In this document: positions 29,916 through 39,707 of the stretch, piece after piece
Position numbering within the stretch: the stretch's first letter is position 1
Layout: every line of letters starts with the position of its first letter
Origin: Armatimonadia bacterium
GTDB lineage: Bacteria > Armatimonadota > Zipacnadia > Zipacnadales > UBA11051
Length of the DNA: 56,233 bases
Direction of reading: 5' to 3'
Assembly: GCA_039683575.1 (NCBI GenBank)
Contig: JBDKRC010000083.1
Coordinates: 1 to 56,233, forward strand
The notes under the pieces: generated by a model
What the model was told of the DNA's origin: nothing
The model's database searches: none
The model's input: the letters and a program-made list of their open reading frames with translations, nothing else
Translations under genes and position numbers: made by a program

Positions 29916-32900
29916 AGCGTCTCACCTGCCTGATTGGGCGGCGGGCCAAAACCTGTGACCGTCGCCCAATCCGGTAGACTCATCCCCGGCAGCCCCGGCA
30001 GGCCTGCCGTCAATGCCGCGACCCCCTCCGGCAGATCCTCGCAAGCCTCCACCAACACCCGCAGCCGCAGATGCTCCGTCAGGACCTCCACCGTCTGCCC
30101 CGGCTCCAGCTTGAGCCGCTCCAAGTCCCGCGGATGGAGGGCCACGTAGGGTTTCGGAGCCAGTTCGCTGATGCCGGGGCTATGGACGCTCAACTCTTCG
30201 GAGCCGAAGACATGGTGCACGGGGACCACCAGCAGAGCATCCTCGCGGCGCGAGAAGGCCGCAACAGAAACGGTGTTGTAGGCGGGCGCATTGTCGGAAG
30301 GAGCTATGAGCCGCTTGCCCGCAGGCCCGCCCCGCAGAGGCCCCGCGACGGTCTCCTGATAGCGCGTAATCGCCTGCGGCGAGTTCCACCCCGGCGCGCG
30401 GTACCGGGCGATGAGCGAGGGTGGGGGAGAGACGTGATGACCCTCCATGGAGAAGTTGAACGGTGCGTCCGGATCGTCGGGGGGCGGTGGCTCGTGCACC
30501 GTCTCATTCGCGTGCATGGCAGTGCGCCCGCTGTAGCGCTCGGGCTGCCGCGGCAGCTTCTGCCCCACCATCCGGAAGTCCGACAGCGGTGCCGCTTGCG
30601 CGGTGCCCGCCAGCTCTGACAGTTTGTCGGCCTCCAAAATCAGGTCATCGAGGCTGTCCCAGGACGTCCGGCCATTCCGCGCCTCAATCATCTCGGCGAT
30701 CCAGCGCCAACTCTCCCGCACGCTGCCCTCCGGCACAAAGACCTCAAAATGCCGCTGTGCGCGCCCCTCGTTGTTGATCAGGGTGCCAGTGCTCTCGGCG
30801 AACGTCGCCGCCGGAAGGATGACGTCGGCATAGGGTGTCGTGGCATTCTCAAGATGATCGATCACCACGAGATGCTCCGCCGCGCGCAGGAGGCGATCCG
30901 CCGTCTCCTCCGCCAGTTCGCGGTGAAGGTCGTTTTCCAGCACAATCGTCGCCAGCGTCGCGTCATGCTCCAGGCGCGCCAACGCCGCCTCGAGACTTCC
31001 TCCCCCGAGCATTGCCGCGCCCATGCTGTTGCAGTGTGGGGCCGTGAAGAAGAGCCGCACGTTCTGACCCGTCCTCTGCAGTGCCCAGGCCACGTTCGCC
31101 GCGGCCTGTACTGCCTGCGGCGCACCGGTGCAGTGCCCGGCAATGATGACCGGGAGGTCAGCCATCTTGAGCTGTTCGGCGATCTCCCGGGCCAGTGAGG
31201 CGATTTCGGGCGGCACCCCCTCGGGCTTTGGGCTCGCGGGGTCCAGAGCCTGGGCCACTGCGAATCCCAACAACGCGATGTCATCGGGTGCCGCGCGATA
31301 CGTCTGCGTGGCCGCATCATCCAGACGCGTGCTGACGGAACTGGCGATGTAGAGCGGTCCCTTCGTCCGCTGCACCGCCTCACGCAGCGCGGTGTCTTCA
31401 TACGAGTGGAGGTGCAGCGTCTTCGCGTCCTTCAGGGGTGCTTGTAGCACGGTCTGGCGTAGCGACAGGGCCAGCATGGGAGCATCGTTGGGGATGTCCT
31501 CACCCAGAACCAGAGCCGCGTCGCACTTGCCCACCTCCGCGAGCGAGGCCGACGCGACGGGCCCCTCCCGGAGGACTCGCAGTATCTCCCGCTGTATCGC
31601 GAGGTTACGCTCGGACAGGCCACTATGGAAGTTGGCTTCGCCAACGAGCGTCCGTAGCGCCAAATTCGCCTCCACAGAAGCCCGCGGTGAGCCGATGCCG
31701 ATCAGACCGTGGTTGCGCACTATGTCGGATAGGGTCTCAGACAGCGTCGCCGGGCTCGCCTCGTCGAAAGTATCGCTGGCGGACCGCCGCAGGCGCGGCT
31801 CGCGCAGGCGCTTGTCGCTATTGACGAATTCGTACCCGTAGCGTCCGCGGTCACATAGGAAATAGCCGTTCACGTCGTAGTTGTAGCGCGCTCGGATGCG
31901 CCTGAGCATCCCGTACCGCTCGCCGGGGATCGTGTTGCAGCCAAGCCCGCAGTGCACGCACACCGACGGCGCGGTCTGCAGGTCCCACTTGCGCGTGAAG
32001 TGCTGCTTGAAGGTCTTATCGGTGAAGACGCCGGTGGGGCAGACTTCAACCAGGTTGCCCGCGAATTCGCTCTCCAGCACGCCGTCCTCGAACCGCCCGA
32101 AGTAGACGTGATCATGCCAGCCGAAGACGTTGAAATCGCGGCCCCCGGCATAGTCGCAATAGAACCGCACGCACCGGTAGCACTGGATGCACCGGTTCAT
32201 CTCGTGGTTCACGAAGGGGCCGAGATACTGGTTCCTGTGGGTGCGCTTGTCGAAGCGGTACCGGCGGTAGACATGGCCATTCATGATAGTCATGTCCTGC
32301 AGGTGGCATTCCCCGCCCTCATCGCAGACCGGGCAGTCGTGCGGGTGGTTGACCATCAACCATTCGGCGACGCTGCGGCGGAAAGCCGCGGCCTCCTCGT
32401 CACTGATTGAGATTCGCATGCCATCGTGGACGTCCGTCATGCATGACATGACGATCCGGCCCTTTTTGTCGTTCTCGTTCTTGAAGACTTTGACCGCGCA
32501 CTGCCGACAGGCGCCGACTGAGTGCATGGCGGGATGCCAGCAGAAATATGGCAGGTCAAAGCCCAGTGCCAGACAGGCCTCCAGGAGATTGCCGTTCTCG
32601 TAGCCGGCGATCGAATATGGTTGGTTGTCCACATAGATCGTGGGAGTGTCAGGCGATCCGGCCTTTAAGGCCGGGGTAATGGGCGCGCGGGCTTGTGGCG
32701 TTCCGCTCTCGGCAGTCGCCCGAACGTCTCCGCCCATTGGCGGGGTGAGTGACGTATCTATGTCACCAGCCTCATTTTGTGGCGCCAATTGAGACGGGGG
32801 CGTCGGGGGTGGTGTATCTGCCGACGATGTCTCCTCCGCTCTGCGCCACGCACGCCAATAGACGTATGCCGCCGCCAGAAACAACGGCAGCGCCCCCGCG

Positions 32901-35134
32901 CCGATGAAGATTAGATCCGCCGGCAGCCGCGCCCAAGCCAGAGCTTGCATGAACCAGTGGTCCAGGAAAGCCGGGCTTCTGGCGTGCCAGTAACCGTTGG
33001 TAATGACGTCATAGAACTGCAGTACGCCGCCGGGAAACAGGTTCAGCCCCACCATCCCCAGCAGGCCCAGATTCAGTCCCCAAAAGGAGACCCGGATGAG
33101 TCGCTCAGCGACATGCCAGTCCGCGTCGGTCGCCGTCTGTCGCAAAGCGAGTACCACAAAAGCCACTCCGAGCATGCCAAAGACACCCATGAGGGCGCCG
33201 TGGGCGTGATTGGCAGTCAGGTTCGTCCCGGCCTCATAGTAGCTGACCACCGGCAGGTTAATAAGGAAGCCGAAAACCCCGGCCCCAAGGAAATTCCACA
33301 CGCCAACCGCGATAAGAAAGTAGAAGGCCCACTTGTGAGGAAAAGAGACTATCTGGCCGCTGGCGTCTTTGCCGGAGCGCATAAGTGCGACGAAGCCGGA
33401 AGCCTCCAAAGTCAGCAGCACCAGCGGCACCACCTCCATGGCTGAAAAGGTGGCCGAAAGTGCCATTGAGACGGCTGACTGTCCCGTCCAGTACCAGTGG
33501 TGGCCGGTTCCGAGGGTACCGCTACCGAGGAACAGGATCGCATCGAGGTAAATGATACGCTTGGCCGTGAGCTGCGACACCAGCCCTAACTTGAGGAAGA
33601 TCATTGCAACCATTACGGTGGCAAAGAGTTCAAAGAAGCCCTCGACCCACAGATGGATGATGAAGAAACGCCAGGTATCGACGATGGTGAAGTGACTGGT
33701 ACTCTTGAAGAAGAAGGCCGGCAGGTAGAAAATGGGTATGCAGAAGGCGGTCAGGAGAAACAGGTTCGTGACTTCACGCCGCTGCCGATCCTGACGCGCC
33801 GGTGCTACCGCTCTGACAAGCAGCAAAGTCCATAGGACCAGTCCCAGCGCCAGCATGACCTGCCAGGCTCGGCCGATCTCGAGGTATTCCCAGCCCTGGT
33901 TGCCGATCCAGAACCACAAGTTGCCCAGAAGCTGCTTAACCCCCGCCCACTCGCCGAGCAGGCTGCCGCCCACTGTGCCCAGCAGGACCAGGAACAACAA
34001 GTTGATCCCCGCGGCCTGCCAGCGTGGTTGGCTGTTCCCCAGCGCGGAAGCAATCGTCAGACCGCCGCCCACAAAGGCGGTCGCAATCCACAGGATAGCC
34101 AGTTGCAGATGCCAACTGCGCAAGACAGTGCTCGGCAGCAGATTGGTCAGATCGAAGCCATAGAAGCTCCGCGGATCAACGGTGTAATGTGCCAATAGCC
34201 CGCCCACCAGCGTCTGCGCCAGCAGCATGGCCGTTGCGAGTACGAAGAACTTCAGTGTGGCTCGCTCTGCGGGGCCAGCATCTTCGCGCATCAGGTGTGA
34301 CGCCGTCTCCAGGTCCTGGGCGCGATGCCAACCCAGAACACGGAATCTGCCGAACGCCAGAAGCACCAAGGCAATGCCGACCAGGAGGGATATCAGACTC
34401 AGGCCACTCCACAAGATGGCCGGTCCGGACGGACCGTTGCCAACTGCCGGATCGTAGGGGAAGTTGTTGGTGTAGGAGTACGCTTTTCCGGGGGCCAGCG
34501 CCGTCGCCGCCCAGGCAGTCCAGGCGAAGAATGCTGTCAGTTGGCGCAATTCGTCCGGGTCAGAGATCATCTTCACCGGAAGGCCACGGTTCGCCGGCGT
34601 GCTGGAGAAGAAAGCCCGCCAATGGCCAATCTGGCGCTGGAACGAAGACACCTCGGGTGGCGTCAGCGTCAGCACCCCGGTGTGCGGATCATACCGGTTC
34701 TGACTGAGCAGGGCGTGGACCTGACTTTGCAGGCTGAGACGGTCAAGGCTCTCCAATCCCCCGCCAGGGCGGACGGGACTGCGGTCTGACAAGTATTCCC
34801 CGACCCCCAGAGCGAGCAGGTGCAGATACTCTGCCGTGAAATCAGGCCCAAGATAAGCGCCGTGGCCCCAGACCGTGCCGTTGTTCATGAGGCCATACTT
34901 GAGAAACACCTGCTGACCCGCGATCACGTCGGCGCCGGTGAAGACGATCTTGCCTGAGCTGTCGACACTCTTCCCGGGGATGGGTGGGGCTCCTTCTGGG
35001 CGGTAGGCGCTGATGGCAATGCCCAGAAGAACCACAAGCTCCGCCGCGATAACGACGATTACGGCTCGTCGCCACCACGGAGACAATTCGTTTTGTGAAA
35101 CTGGCACGTTCTCAGGCATTTTGGGTCCAGTCAA
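29912..35134 (-). CDS. norZ-nuoG: Fusion protein: quinol-dependent nitric oxide reductase (qNor/NorZ, aa ~1-765), linker, and full-length NuoG (aa ~831-1740); start 35134 TTG or 35119 ATG
   Basis: qNor motifs: GTVWGHGAYLGPD, YSYTNNFP, RSWHLQ, NQGWEYLEIGR, IHLWVEGFFE, GTGHHWYW, MEVVPL, FGFLINLP and NHAHGA. NuoG motifs: FCWHP..GACRQC..SC (N1b), HPHDCPVCDEGGEC (N5), CIQCYRC..CPTG (N4) and CVHCGLGC..LCDRGR (N7). The frame is single and uninterrupted. Confidence 0.9.
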   Translation of the reverse strand: MTGPKMPENVPVSQNELSPWWRRAVIVVIAAELVVLLGIAISAYRPEGAPPIPGKSVDSSGKIVFTGADVIAGQQVFLKYGLMNNGTVWGHGAYLGPDFTAEYLHLLALGVGEYLSDRSPVRPGGGLESLDRLSLQSQVHALLSQNRYDPHTGVLTLTPPEVSSFQRQIGHWRAFFSSTPANRGLPVKMISDPDELRQLTAFFAWTAWAATALAPGKAYSYTNNFPYDPAVGNGPSGPAILWSGLSLISLLVGIALVLLAFGRFRVLGWHRAQDLETASHLMREDAGPAERATLKFFVLATAMLLAQTLVGGLLAHYTVDPRSFYGFDLTNLLPSTVLRSWHLQLAILWIATAFVGGGLTIASALGNSQPRWQAAGINLLFLVLLGTVGGSLLGEWAGVKQLLGNLWFWIGNQGWEYLEIGRAWQVMLALGLVLWTLLLVRAVAPARQDRQRREVTNLFLLTAFCIPIFYLPAFFFKSTSHFTIVDTWRFFIIHLWVEGFFELFATVMVAMIFLKLGLVSQLTAKRIIYLDAILFLGSGTLGTGHHWYWTGQSAVSMALSATFSAMEVVPLVLLTLEASGFVALMRSGKDASGQIVSFPHKWAFYFLIAVGVWNFLGAGVFGFLINLPVVSYYEAGTNLTANHAHGALMGVFGMLGVAFVVLALRQTATDADWHVAERLIRVSFWGLNLGLLGMVGLNLFPGGVLQFYDVITNGYWHARSPAFLDHWFMQALAWARLPADLIFIGAGALPLFLAAAYVYWRAWRRAEETSSADTPPPTPPSQLAPQNEAGDIDTSLTPPMGGDVRATAESGTPQARAPITPALKAGSPDTPTIYVDNQPYSIAGYENGNLLEACLALGFDLPYFCWHPAMHSVGACRQCAVKVFKNENDKKGRIVMSCMTDVHDGMRISISDEEAAAFRRSVAEWLMVNHPHDCPVCDEGGECHLQDMTIMNGHVYRRYRFDKRTHRNQYLGPFVNHEMNRCIQCYRCVRFYCDYAGGRDFNVFGWHDHVYFGRFEDGVLESEFAGNLVEVCPTGVFTDKTFKQHFTRKWDLQTAPSVCVHCGLGCNTIPGERYGMLRRIRARYNYDVNGYFLCDRGRYGYEFVNSDKRLREPRLRRSASDTFDEASPATLSETLSDIVRNHGLIGIGSPRASVEANLALRTLVGEANFHSGLSERNLAIQREILRVLREGPVASASLAEVGKCDAALVLGEDIPNDAPMLALSLRQTVLQAPLKDAKTLHLHSYEDTALREAVQRTKGPLYIASSVSTRLDDAATQTYRAAPDDIALLGFAVAQALDPASPKPEGVPPEIASLAREIAEQLKMADLPVIIAGHCTGAPQAVQAAANVAWALQRTGQNVRLFFTAPHCNSMGAAMLGGGSLEAALARLEHDATLATIVLENDLHRELAEETADRLLRAAEHLVVIDHLENATTPYADVILPAATFAESTGTLINNEGRAQRHFEVFVPEGSVRESWRWIAEMIEARNGRTSWDSLDDLILEADKLSELAGTAQAAPLSDFRMVGQKLPRQPERYSGRTAMHANETVHEPPPPDDPDAPFNFSMEGHHVSPPPSLIARYRAPGWNSPQAITRYQETVAGPLRGGPAGKRLIAPSDNAPAYNTVSVAAFSRREDALLVVPVHHVFGSEELSVHSPGISELAPKPYVALHPRDLERLKLEPGQTVEVLTEHLRLRVLVEACEDLPEGVAALTAGLPGLPGMSLPDWATVTGFGPPPNQAGETL

Positions 35135-35137
35135 CGT

Positions 35138-36412
35138 CTACGTGCGGTACGGGCAGCGGTGATCGCTGATGTGGCGGTCAAAATCGTCACGGAAGTGCAA
35201 CAGCGCGCTCTCGATGGGCGCCATCGCGCCGGGCGCGAGCGCGCAGAAGGTGAGATTCATCCGCACCTGCTTCACATGGTGCTCCAGAATCTCCATATCA
35301 GACGGCTGGCCCTTGCCAGCTTCGATTGCGGCCAGAGTGCGCATTACCCACGGCAGCCCCTCCCGGCAGGGGGTGCACCAGCCGCACGACTCGCGCGCGA
35401 AAAACGCCGTCATTCCATACAGCAGGTCCACCGGGCACGTCCGGTCATCGAGCACCGTGATCGTGCCGGTCCCGAGGCGGCTGTGGATGGCGTCCATGCT
35501 GTCAAAGTCCATCGGCGTGCCCAGGTCCTTCTCGGTCACGAAGGAGGTGGAAGCGCCGCCTGGGAGCAGCGCGCGGAATTTGTAGCCCTCCGCCATGCCG
35601 CCCGCATAGTGCTCCAGAATCTGCTCGATAGGCATCCCCATGGGCAGTTCCCATAGTCCTGGCTTTTGCACATGTCCGCTGGCCCCGTAGAGTTTGGTCC
35701 CGGCGTCGTCTGTTAACGCGAGGCCTTTGAACCACTGCGGGCCGCGCTGGACGATATGCGGGACGCAGCAGACGGTCTCGACGTTGTTGACGACGGTGGG
35801 CTTGCCCAAAAGACCGATCGTCTGTGGGTAGGGAGGCTTGGCGCGGGGGATGGCTCGTTTGCCCTCAAGCGCGTCGATCAGGCCTTCTTCCTCGCCGCAC
35901 ATATAGCGCCCGGCGCTGGCGTGAATGTGCAGCTTCAGCTTGTACGGGCTGCCCATAGCGCTATCGCCGAGTATCCCCGCCTGCTCCGCCTCCTGTAGCG
36001 CCGCCGCGAGGCGCTGGTACGCCAGCCGGTACTCCCAGCGCAGGAAGATGAAGGCGATGTCCGCCTGAATTGCATATGAGGAGATGATTGCGCCCTCGAT
36101 GACTTGATGCGGGTCCCCCTCCAGCAGCCAGCGGTCCTTCATCGTCCCCGGTTCCATCTCGTCGGCGTTGACGCAGAAGTACTTCGGGTGCCGCGCTTGG
36201 TCGCTCATGTCGGTGAAGGACCACTTCTGGCCCGTCGGAAAGCCCGCCCCGCCCCTGCCGCGTAGTCCCGAATCCGAAACCGCCTTCTGGACTTCCTGTG
36301 GGCTCAGGCTAAGCGCCTGGCGCAGCGCCTCATAGCCGCCAGCCTGGCGGTACTCGTCAAGGCTCAGCGGCTCGCGGTTCGGCTTGATGCGGCCAGTCAG
36401 CGGCGTCTCCAC
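35138..36412 (-). CDS. nuoF: NADH-quinone oxidoreductase subunit F
   Basis: GLRGRGGAGFPTG, NADEMEPG, YMCGEE and ESCGWCTPCREG..C. Confidence 0.95.
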   Translation of the reverse strand: METPLTGRIKPNREPLSLDEYRQAGGYEALRQALSLSPQEVQKAVSDSGLRGRGGAGFPTGQKWSFTDMSDQARHPKYFCVNADEMEPGTMKDRWLLEGDPHQVIEGAIISSYAIQADIAFIFLRWEYRLAYQRLAAALQEAEQAGILGDSAMGSPYKLKLHIHASAGRYMCGEEEGLIDALEGKRAIPRAKPPYPQTIGLLGKPTVVNNVETVCCVPHIVQRGPQWFKGLALTDDAGTKLYGASGHVQKPGLWELPMGMPIEQILEHYAGGMAEGYKFRALLPGGASTSFVTEKDLGTPMDFDSMDAIHSRLGTGTITVLDDRTCPVDLLYGMTAFFARESCGWCTPCREGLPWVMRTLAAIEAGKGQPSDMEILEHHVKQVRMNLTFCALAPGAMAPIESALLHFRDDFDRHISDHRCPYRT

Positions 36413-36424
36413 TATTTCACCTGG

Positions 36425-36889
36425 CTACGGGTATTGCTCGAGTATCTGCGCAATCTTCTCCGCGGTGAGCTGAACGTGCAGATCGTCATCCACCATCATC
36501 ACCGGGGCCAGATCGCACGCCCCCAGGCACCCATTTGGCAAGAGCGTGAAGCGATCGTCGGCGGTGGTTTGACCCATCCCGATGCCCAGTTGCTGCTCCA
36601 GCGACTCCCGCACCGGGTTGTAGCCCATGATCCAGCAACTGACGCTGTCGCAGATCAGGATGACGTGCCGGCCCACGGGCTCTCGGTAGATGAGGTTGTA
36701 GAAGGTTGCGACCGTGTCGATTTCGGCGGGGTCGAGCCCCAGGACCCGCGCGAGATCACGCACGTGCTCATCCGACACCCAGCGGTGCTGCTGCTGGACG
36801 ATCCGCAACGCGCCCACAATGGCCCCCCGTGGGTCCTCGTACTTGTCGCGCTCCGCCTGGAGGTCGCGAATCTCGCTATCGCTAAGCAT
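36425..36889 (-). CDS. nuoE: NADH-quinone oxidoreductase subunit E
   Basis: VATFY, CDSVSC and CLGACDLAP (2Fe-2S cluster N1a). Confidence 0.95.
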   Translation of the reverse strand: MLSDSEIRDLQAERDKYEDPRGAIVGALRIVQQQHRWVSDEHVRDLARVLGLDPAEIDTVATFYNLIYREPVGRHVILICDSVSCWIMGYNPVRESLEQQLGIGMGQTTADDRFTLLPNGCLGACDLAPVMMVDDDLHVQLTAEKIAQILEQYP

Positions 36890-36892
36890 GGC

Positions 36893-38644
36893 TCACCGAT
36901 CAACGTCTGCAAGGACGAAATCAAGGCTGCCGAGGATGGACGCGAGGTCTGGGATCATCAGCCCGCGTCCCAGCATCGGCACCATCTGGATGTGCGGAAA
37001 TGATGGCGTGCGGATGCGCGTGCGGTAGGACATGACATCCCCATCACTCACGAGGTAGTACGTATTGTTACCCTTGGCCCCCTCAACCCCGACGGCGGCC
37101 TCTCCCGCGGGCACGACCGGCCCCCAGGAGACGTGAACGAAGTGGTCGATGAGGGTCTCGATATCCTGCATCGTGTTGTGCTCTTTGAGCGGCGGGGTGG
37201 CAGCCGGATGCAGCGACTTGTAGGTTCCGGACGGCATATGGTCGAGGCATTGTTCGATGATCCGCAGGCTCTGGCGCATCTCTTCCATGTGAACGACAGC
37301 GCGGTCATAGGCGTCGCCGCGCTCGCCGGTGGGGATATCGAATTCGAACTGCTCATAGCCGCCATAGGGGCGATTCTTGCGCCAGTCCCACTGCTTGCCG
37401 CAAGCCCGCAGCACGGGCCCGGTGGCGCCCCACTCAATCGCCTGCTCGGTTGTCAGCGCCCCAATCCCCACCGTGCGCGCGCGGAAGAGCCTGTTGAGCA
37501 TCACCATCCGTCGGTACTCAGTCAGGCGCTTGTCCATGCGCTTGAGATAAGTGCGAACCAGCGGGTCGTAGCCTTCCGGCAAGTCCTGCGCCACGCCGCC
37601 GATGCGGAACCATCCTGGGTGCATTCGCGCGCCGGTGATCGCCTCCACGATGTCAAAGGCATGCTCACGGTCATTGAACATGTAGAAGACTGGGGAGAGC
37701 ATGCCCAGGTCCTGCGCGAAGGTCCCCATGAAGACGAGGTGGCTGATGATCCGGAACAACTCCGCCAGCATGATGCGGATTACCCGCGCGCGGTCCGGCA
37801 CCTGAATCCCCGCCAGCGCCTCGACGGCCATGACGTAGGGGAAGTTGTTGATCACCCCCGCCAGGTAGTCAACGCGGTCGGTGTAAGGAATGTATGTGTG
37901 CCAGCTCTGCCGCTCACCCATCTTTTCGGCGCCGCGGTGGTGGAAGCCGATATCGGGGAAGATGTCGACGATCTCCTGCCCCCGGAGCTTGAGCACCAGC
38001 CTCAGTACGCCGTGGGTGGACGGGTGATGTGGGCCCATGTTGAGGTACAGGTAGTCAAAATCCGCCTCACGCTTCTCGCCACCAAGGAGCCGCGGGTCGA
38101 ACTCCATCATCTGCTCGAATTCCGAGGCCTTGGTCTCTGGCTGATGATAGATGCCCATATCGGTCGCTCGCGCCGGGTGCTCTTTGCGCAGCGGGTGGCC
38201 TTCCCACCATGGCGGCATCAGAATGCGCCGCAAGTCGGGGTGGCCCGTGAAGCCGATCCCGAACATGTCGAAGACTTCCCGCTCATACCAGTTGGCACAG
38301 GGCCACAGGCTCGTGATCGAGGGCGCCGAGGGCGCTTCACCCGTAAGCGCCACCTTCAGACGCAGGTCCTGATTGCGGTCATACGAAAGCAGGTGGTAGA
38401 CGAGTGTGAAGTCAGCGGGCGGCTGGTCGGGGCGGTGGAGGCGCTGCCGCTCGTCAATGGCAGTGAGGTCGTAAAGCGTACGGTAGGGGCTGGGAAGGGT
38501 TTCCTTCAGGTGGCGGAGCAGTGACTCGACAATCCGCGGCTGAACCCAGACGGTGGGGATGCCATCGGCGGTCAGTTGCGGGCGCACGTCGACCGGACCG
38601 AACGCGGCCTGAAGCTCCTTTACCACCTCCAGCTCCTCAACCAT
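36893..38644 (-). CDS. nuoCD: NADH-quinone oxidoreductase fused subunit C/D
   Basis: [11 protein letters not shown] and GHPLRK (C part); [28 protein letters not shown] and ADVDR (D part). Confidence 0.95.
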   Translation of the reverse strand: MVEELEVVKELQAAFGPVDVRPQLTADGIPTVWVQPRIVESLLRHLKETLPSPYRTLYDLTAIDERQRLHRPDQPPADFTLVYHLLSYDRNQDLRLKVALTGEAPSAPSITSLWPCANWYEREVFDMFGIGFTGHPDLRRILMPPWWEGHPLRKEHPARATDMGIYHQPETKASEFEQMMEFDPRLLGGEKREADFDYLYLNMGPHHPSTHGVLRLVLKLRGQEIVDIFPDIGFHHRGAEKMGERQSWHTYIPYTDRVDYLAGVINNFPYVMAVEALAGIQVPDRARVIRIMLAELFRIISHLVFMGTFAQDLGMLSPVFYMFNDREHAFDIVEAITGARMHPGWFRIGGVAQDLPEGYDPLVRTYLKRMDKRLTEYRRMVMLNRLFRARTVGIGALTTEQAIEWGATGPVLRACGKQWDWRKNRPYGGYEQFEFDIPTGERGDAYDRAVVHMEEMRQSLRIIEQCLDHMPSGTYKSLHPAATPPLKEHNTMQDIETLIDHFVHVSWGPVVPAGEAAVGVEGAKGNNTYYLVSDGDVMSYRTRIRTPSFPHIQMVPMLGRGLMIPDLASILGSLDFVLADVDR

Positions 38645-38671
38645 GTCGAAGTCCTGTTCCCCTGCAAAGCG

Positions 38672-39292
38672 TCAGATTTGGTCCGGTGGCTTCAGAAGTG
38701 TCTGTGCGGTACGCTCCGCGCGCCGTTCGTCTCGCTGTGAGGGCAACTTTGGCCGCACTACCCCTTGCGGGCCAACTACCCAACTCAGCGGGCGCTGCTC
38801 GTCACCCACAAGCTCGCGCAGCATCAGCAGCCCGTGCATGAATGCCTCGGGGCTGGGCGGGCAGCCCTGGATATACACATCAACCGGGAGGAAGGTGTCC
38901 ACTCCCTGCACGACGCTGTAAATGTCGTACATCCCGCCGGAGTTCGCGCACGATCCCATCGAAATGACCCAGCGCGGGGCCATCATCTGCTCGTAGAGCT
39001 GCTGGATGACCGGCGCCATCTTAACGAAGACGGTGCCGGAGATCACAATGAGATCGGCTTCCCGAGGCGTCGAGCGGATGACCTCCGCGCCGAAGCGGGC
39101 GATATCGTAGCGGCTGGTGAGGCTGGTCGCCATCTCGACATAGCAGCACGACAGGCCGAAGTTGAAGGGCCACAGCGAGTTCTTGCGGCCCCACGATACG
39201 AGCCGCTGGAGCGTCGTGAAGATGACGTTCTCGCCGATCAGCCGCGAGAGCGGGCCATTGGTCAGTTTACCGCCGGGTTCTGCTTCAGACAT
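38672..39292 (-). CDS. nuoB: NADH-quinone oxidoreductase subunit B
   Basis: [20 protein letters not shown] and GCPP. Confidence 0.95.
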   Translation of the reverse strand: MSEAEPGGKLTNGPLSRLIGENVIFTTLQRLVSWGRKNSLWPFNFGLSCCYVEMATSLTSRYDIARFGAEVIRSTPREADLIVISGTVFVKMAPVIQQLYEQMMAPRWVISMGSCANSGGMYDIYSVVQGVDTFLPVDVYIQGCPPSPEAFMHGLLMLRELVGDEQRPLSWVVGPQGVVRPKLPSQRDERRAERTAQTLLKPPDQI

Positions 39293-39707
39293 GGTGCTGA
39301 TCACCGTCCGGCGCGGCCCGACCCAGATGCTGCGCCGACGTGCCCCACTCCAGTGCGCCGATGCCCCACAGATAGCCCAAAGCCGCCAGCAGCACGCCGA
39401 TGAAGATCGAAATCTGCCCGTACGCCGCCCAACCCGTCTCGCGAGCCGATACGGCCCAGGTGTAGATGAACACGGCCTCCAGATCGAAGACTACGAAGAA
39501 CATCGCCATCAGGTAGTACTCGGCGGGCACCCGCGCCCGGGCACTGCCGGTGGGGATCATTCCGCCTTCGTACGGCGTCCCCGTGGCGCGCTGCTTGTGG
39601 CGCTGTCCGAGCAGCCATGGCACAAAGATCATCGCGGCTGCCAGCAACACCACTAATACGGTATATAGCACCAGCGGCCAGATCAGGGGCGCCTGCGCGT
39701 CCGTCAT
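39285..39707 (-). CDS. nuoA: NADH-quinone oxidoreductase subunit A
   Basis: [19 protein letters not shown] and GALEW; ATGA overlap with the zwf stop. Confidence 0.93.
   Translation of the reverse strand: MTDAQAPLIWPLVLYTVLVVLLAAAMIFVPWLLGQRHKQRATGTPYEGGMIPTGSARARVPAEYYLMAMFFVVFDLEAVFIYTWAVSARETGWAAYGQISIFIGVLLAALGYLWGIGALEWGTSAQHLGRAAPDGDQHHV

Noticed and set aside
29912-32644. Formate dehydrogenase, nitrate reductase or hydrogenase catalytic subunit
   Set aside because: The position between nuoF and nuoH, the size and the N1b/N5/N4/N7 motifs match NuoG. No molybdopterin-ligand or H-cluster motif was recognised.
29912-35134. NO dismutase (Nod), cNor or cytochrome c oxidase identity for the N-terminal half
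   Set aside because: All FeB His and catalytic Glu residues are canonical qNor. There is no haem-c CxxCH, and HLWVEG replaces the HPEVY motif of O2 reductases.
35138-36412. NADPH-oxidising complex I fed by Zwf/Gnd
   Set aside because: NuoF keeps the Glu that discriminates against NADPH, and Gnd/Zwf themselves look NAD-type.
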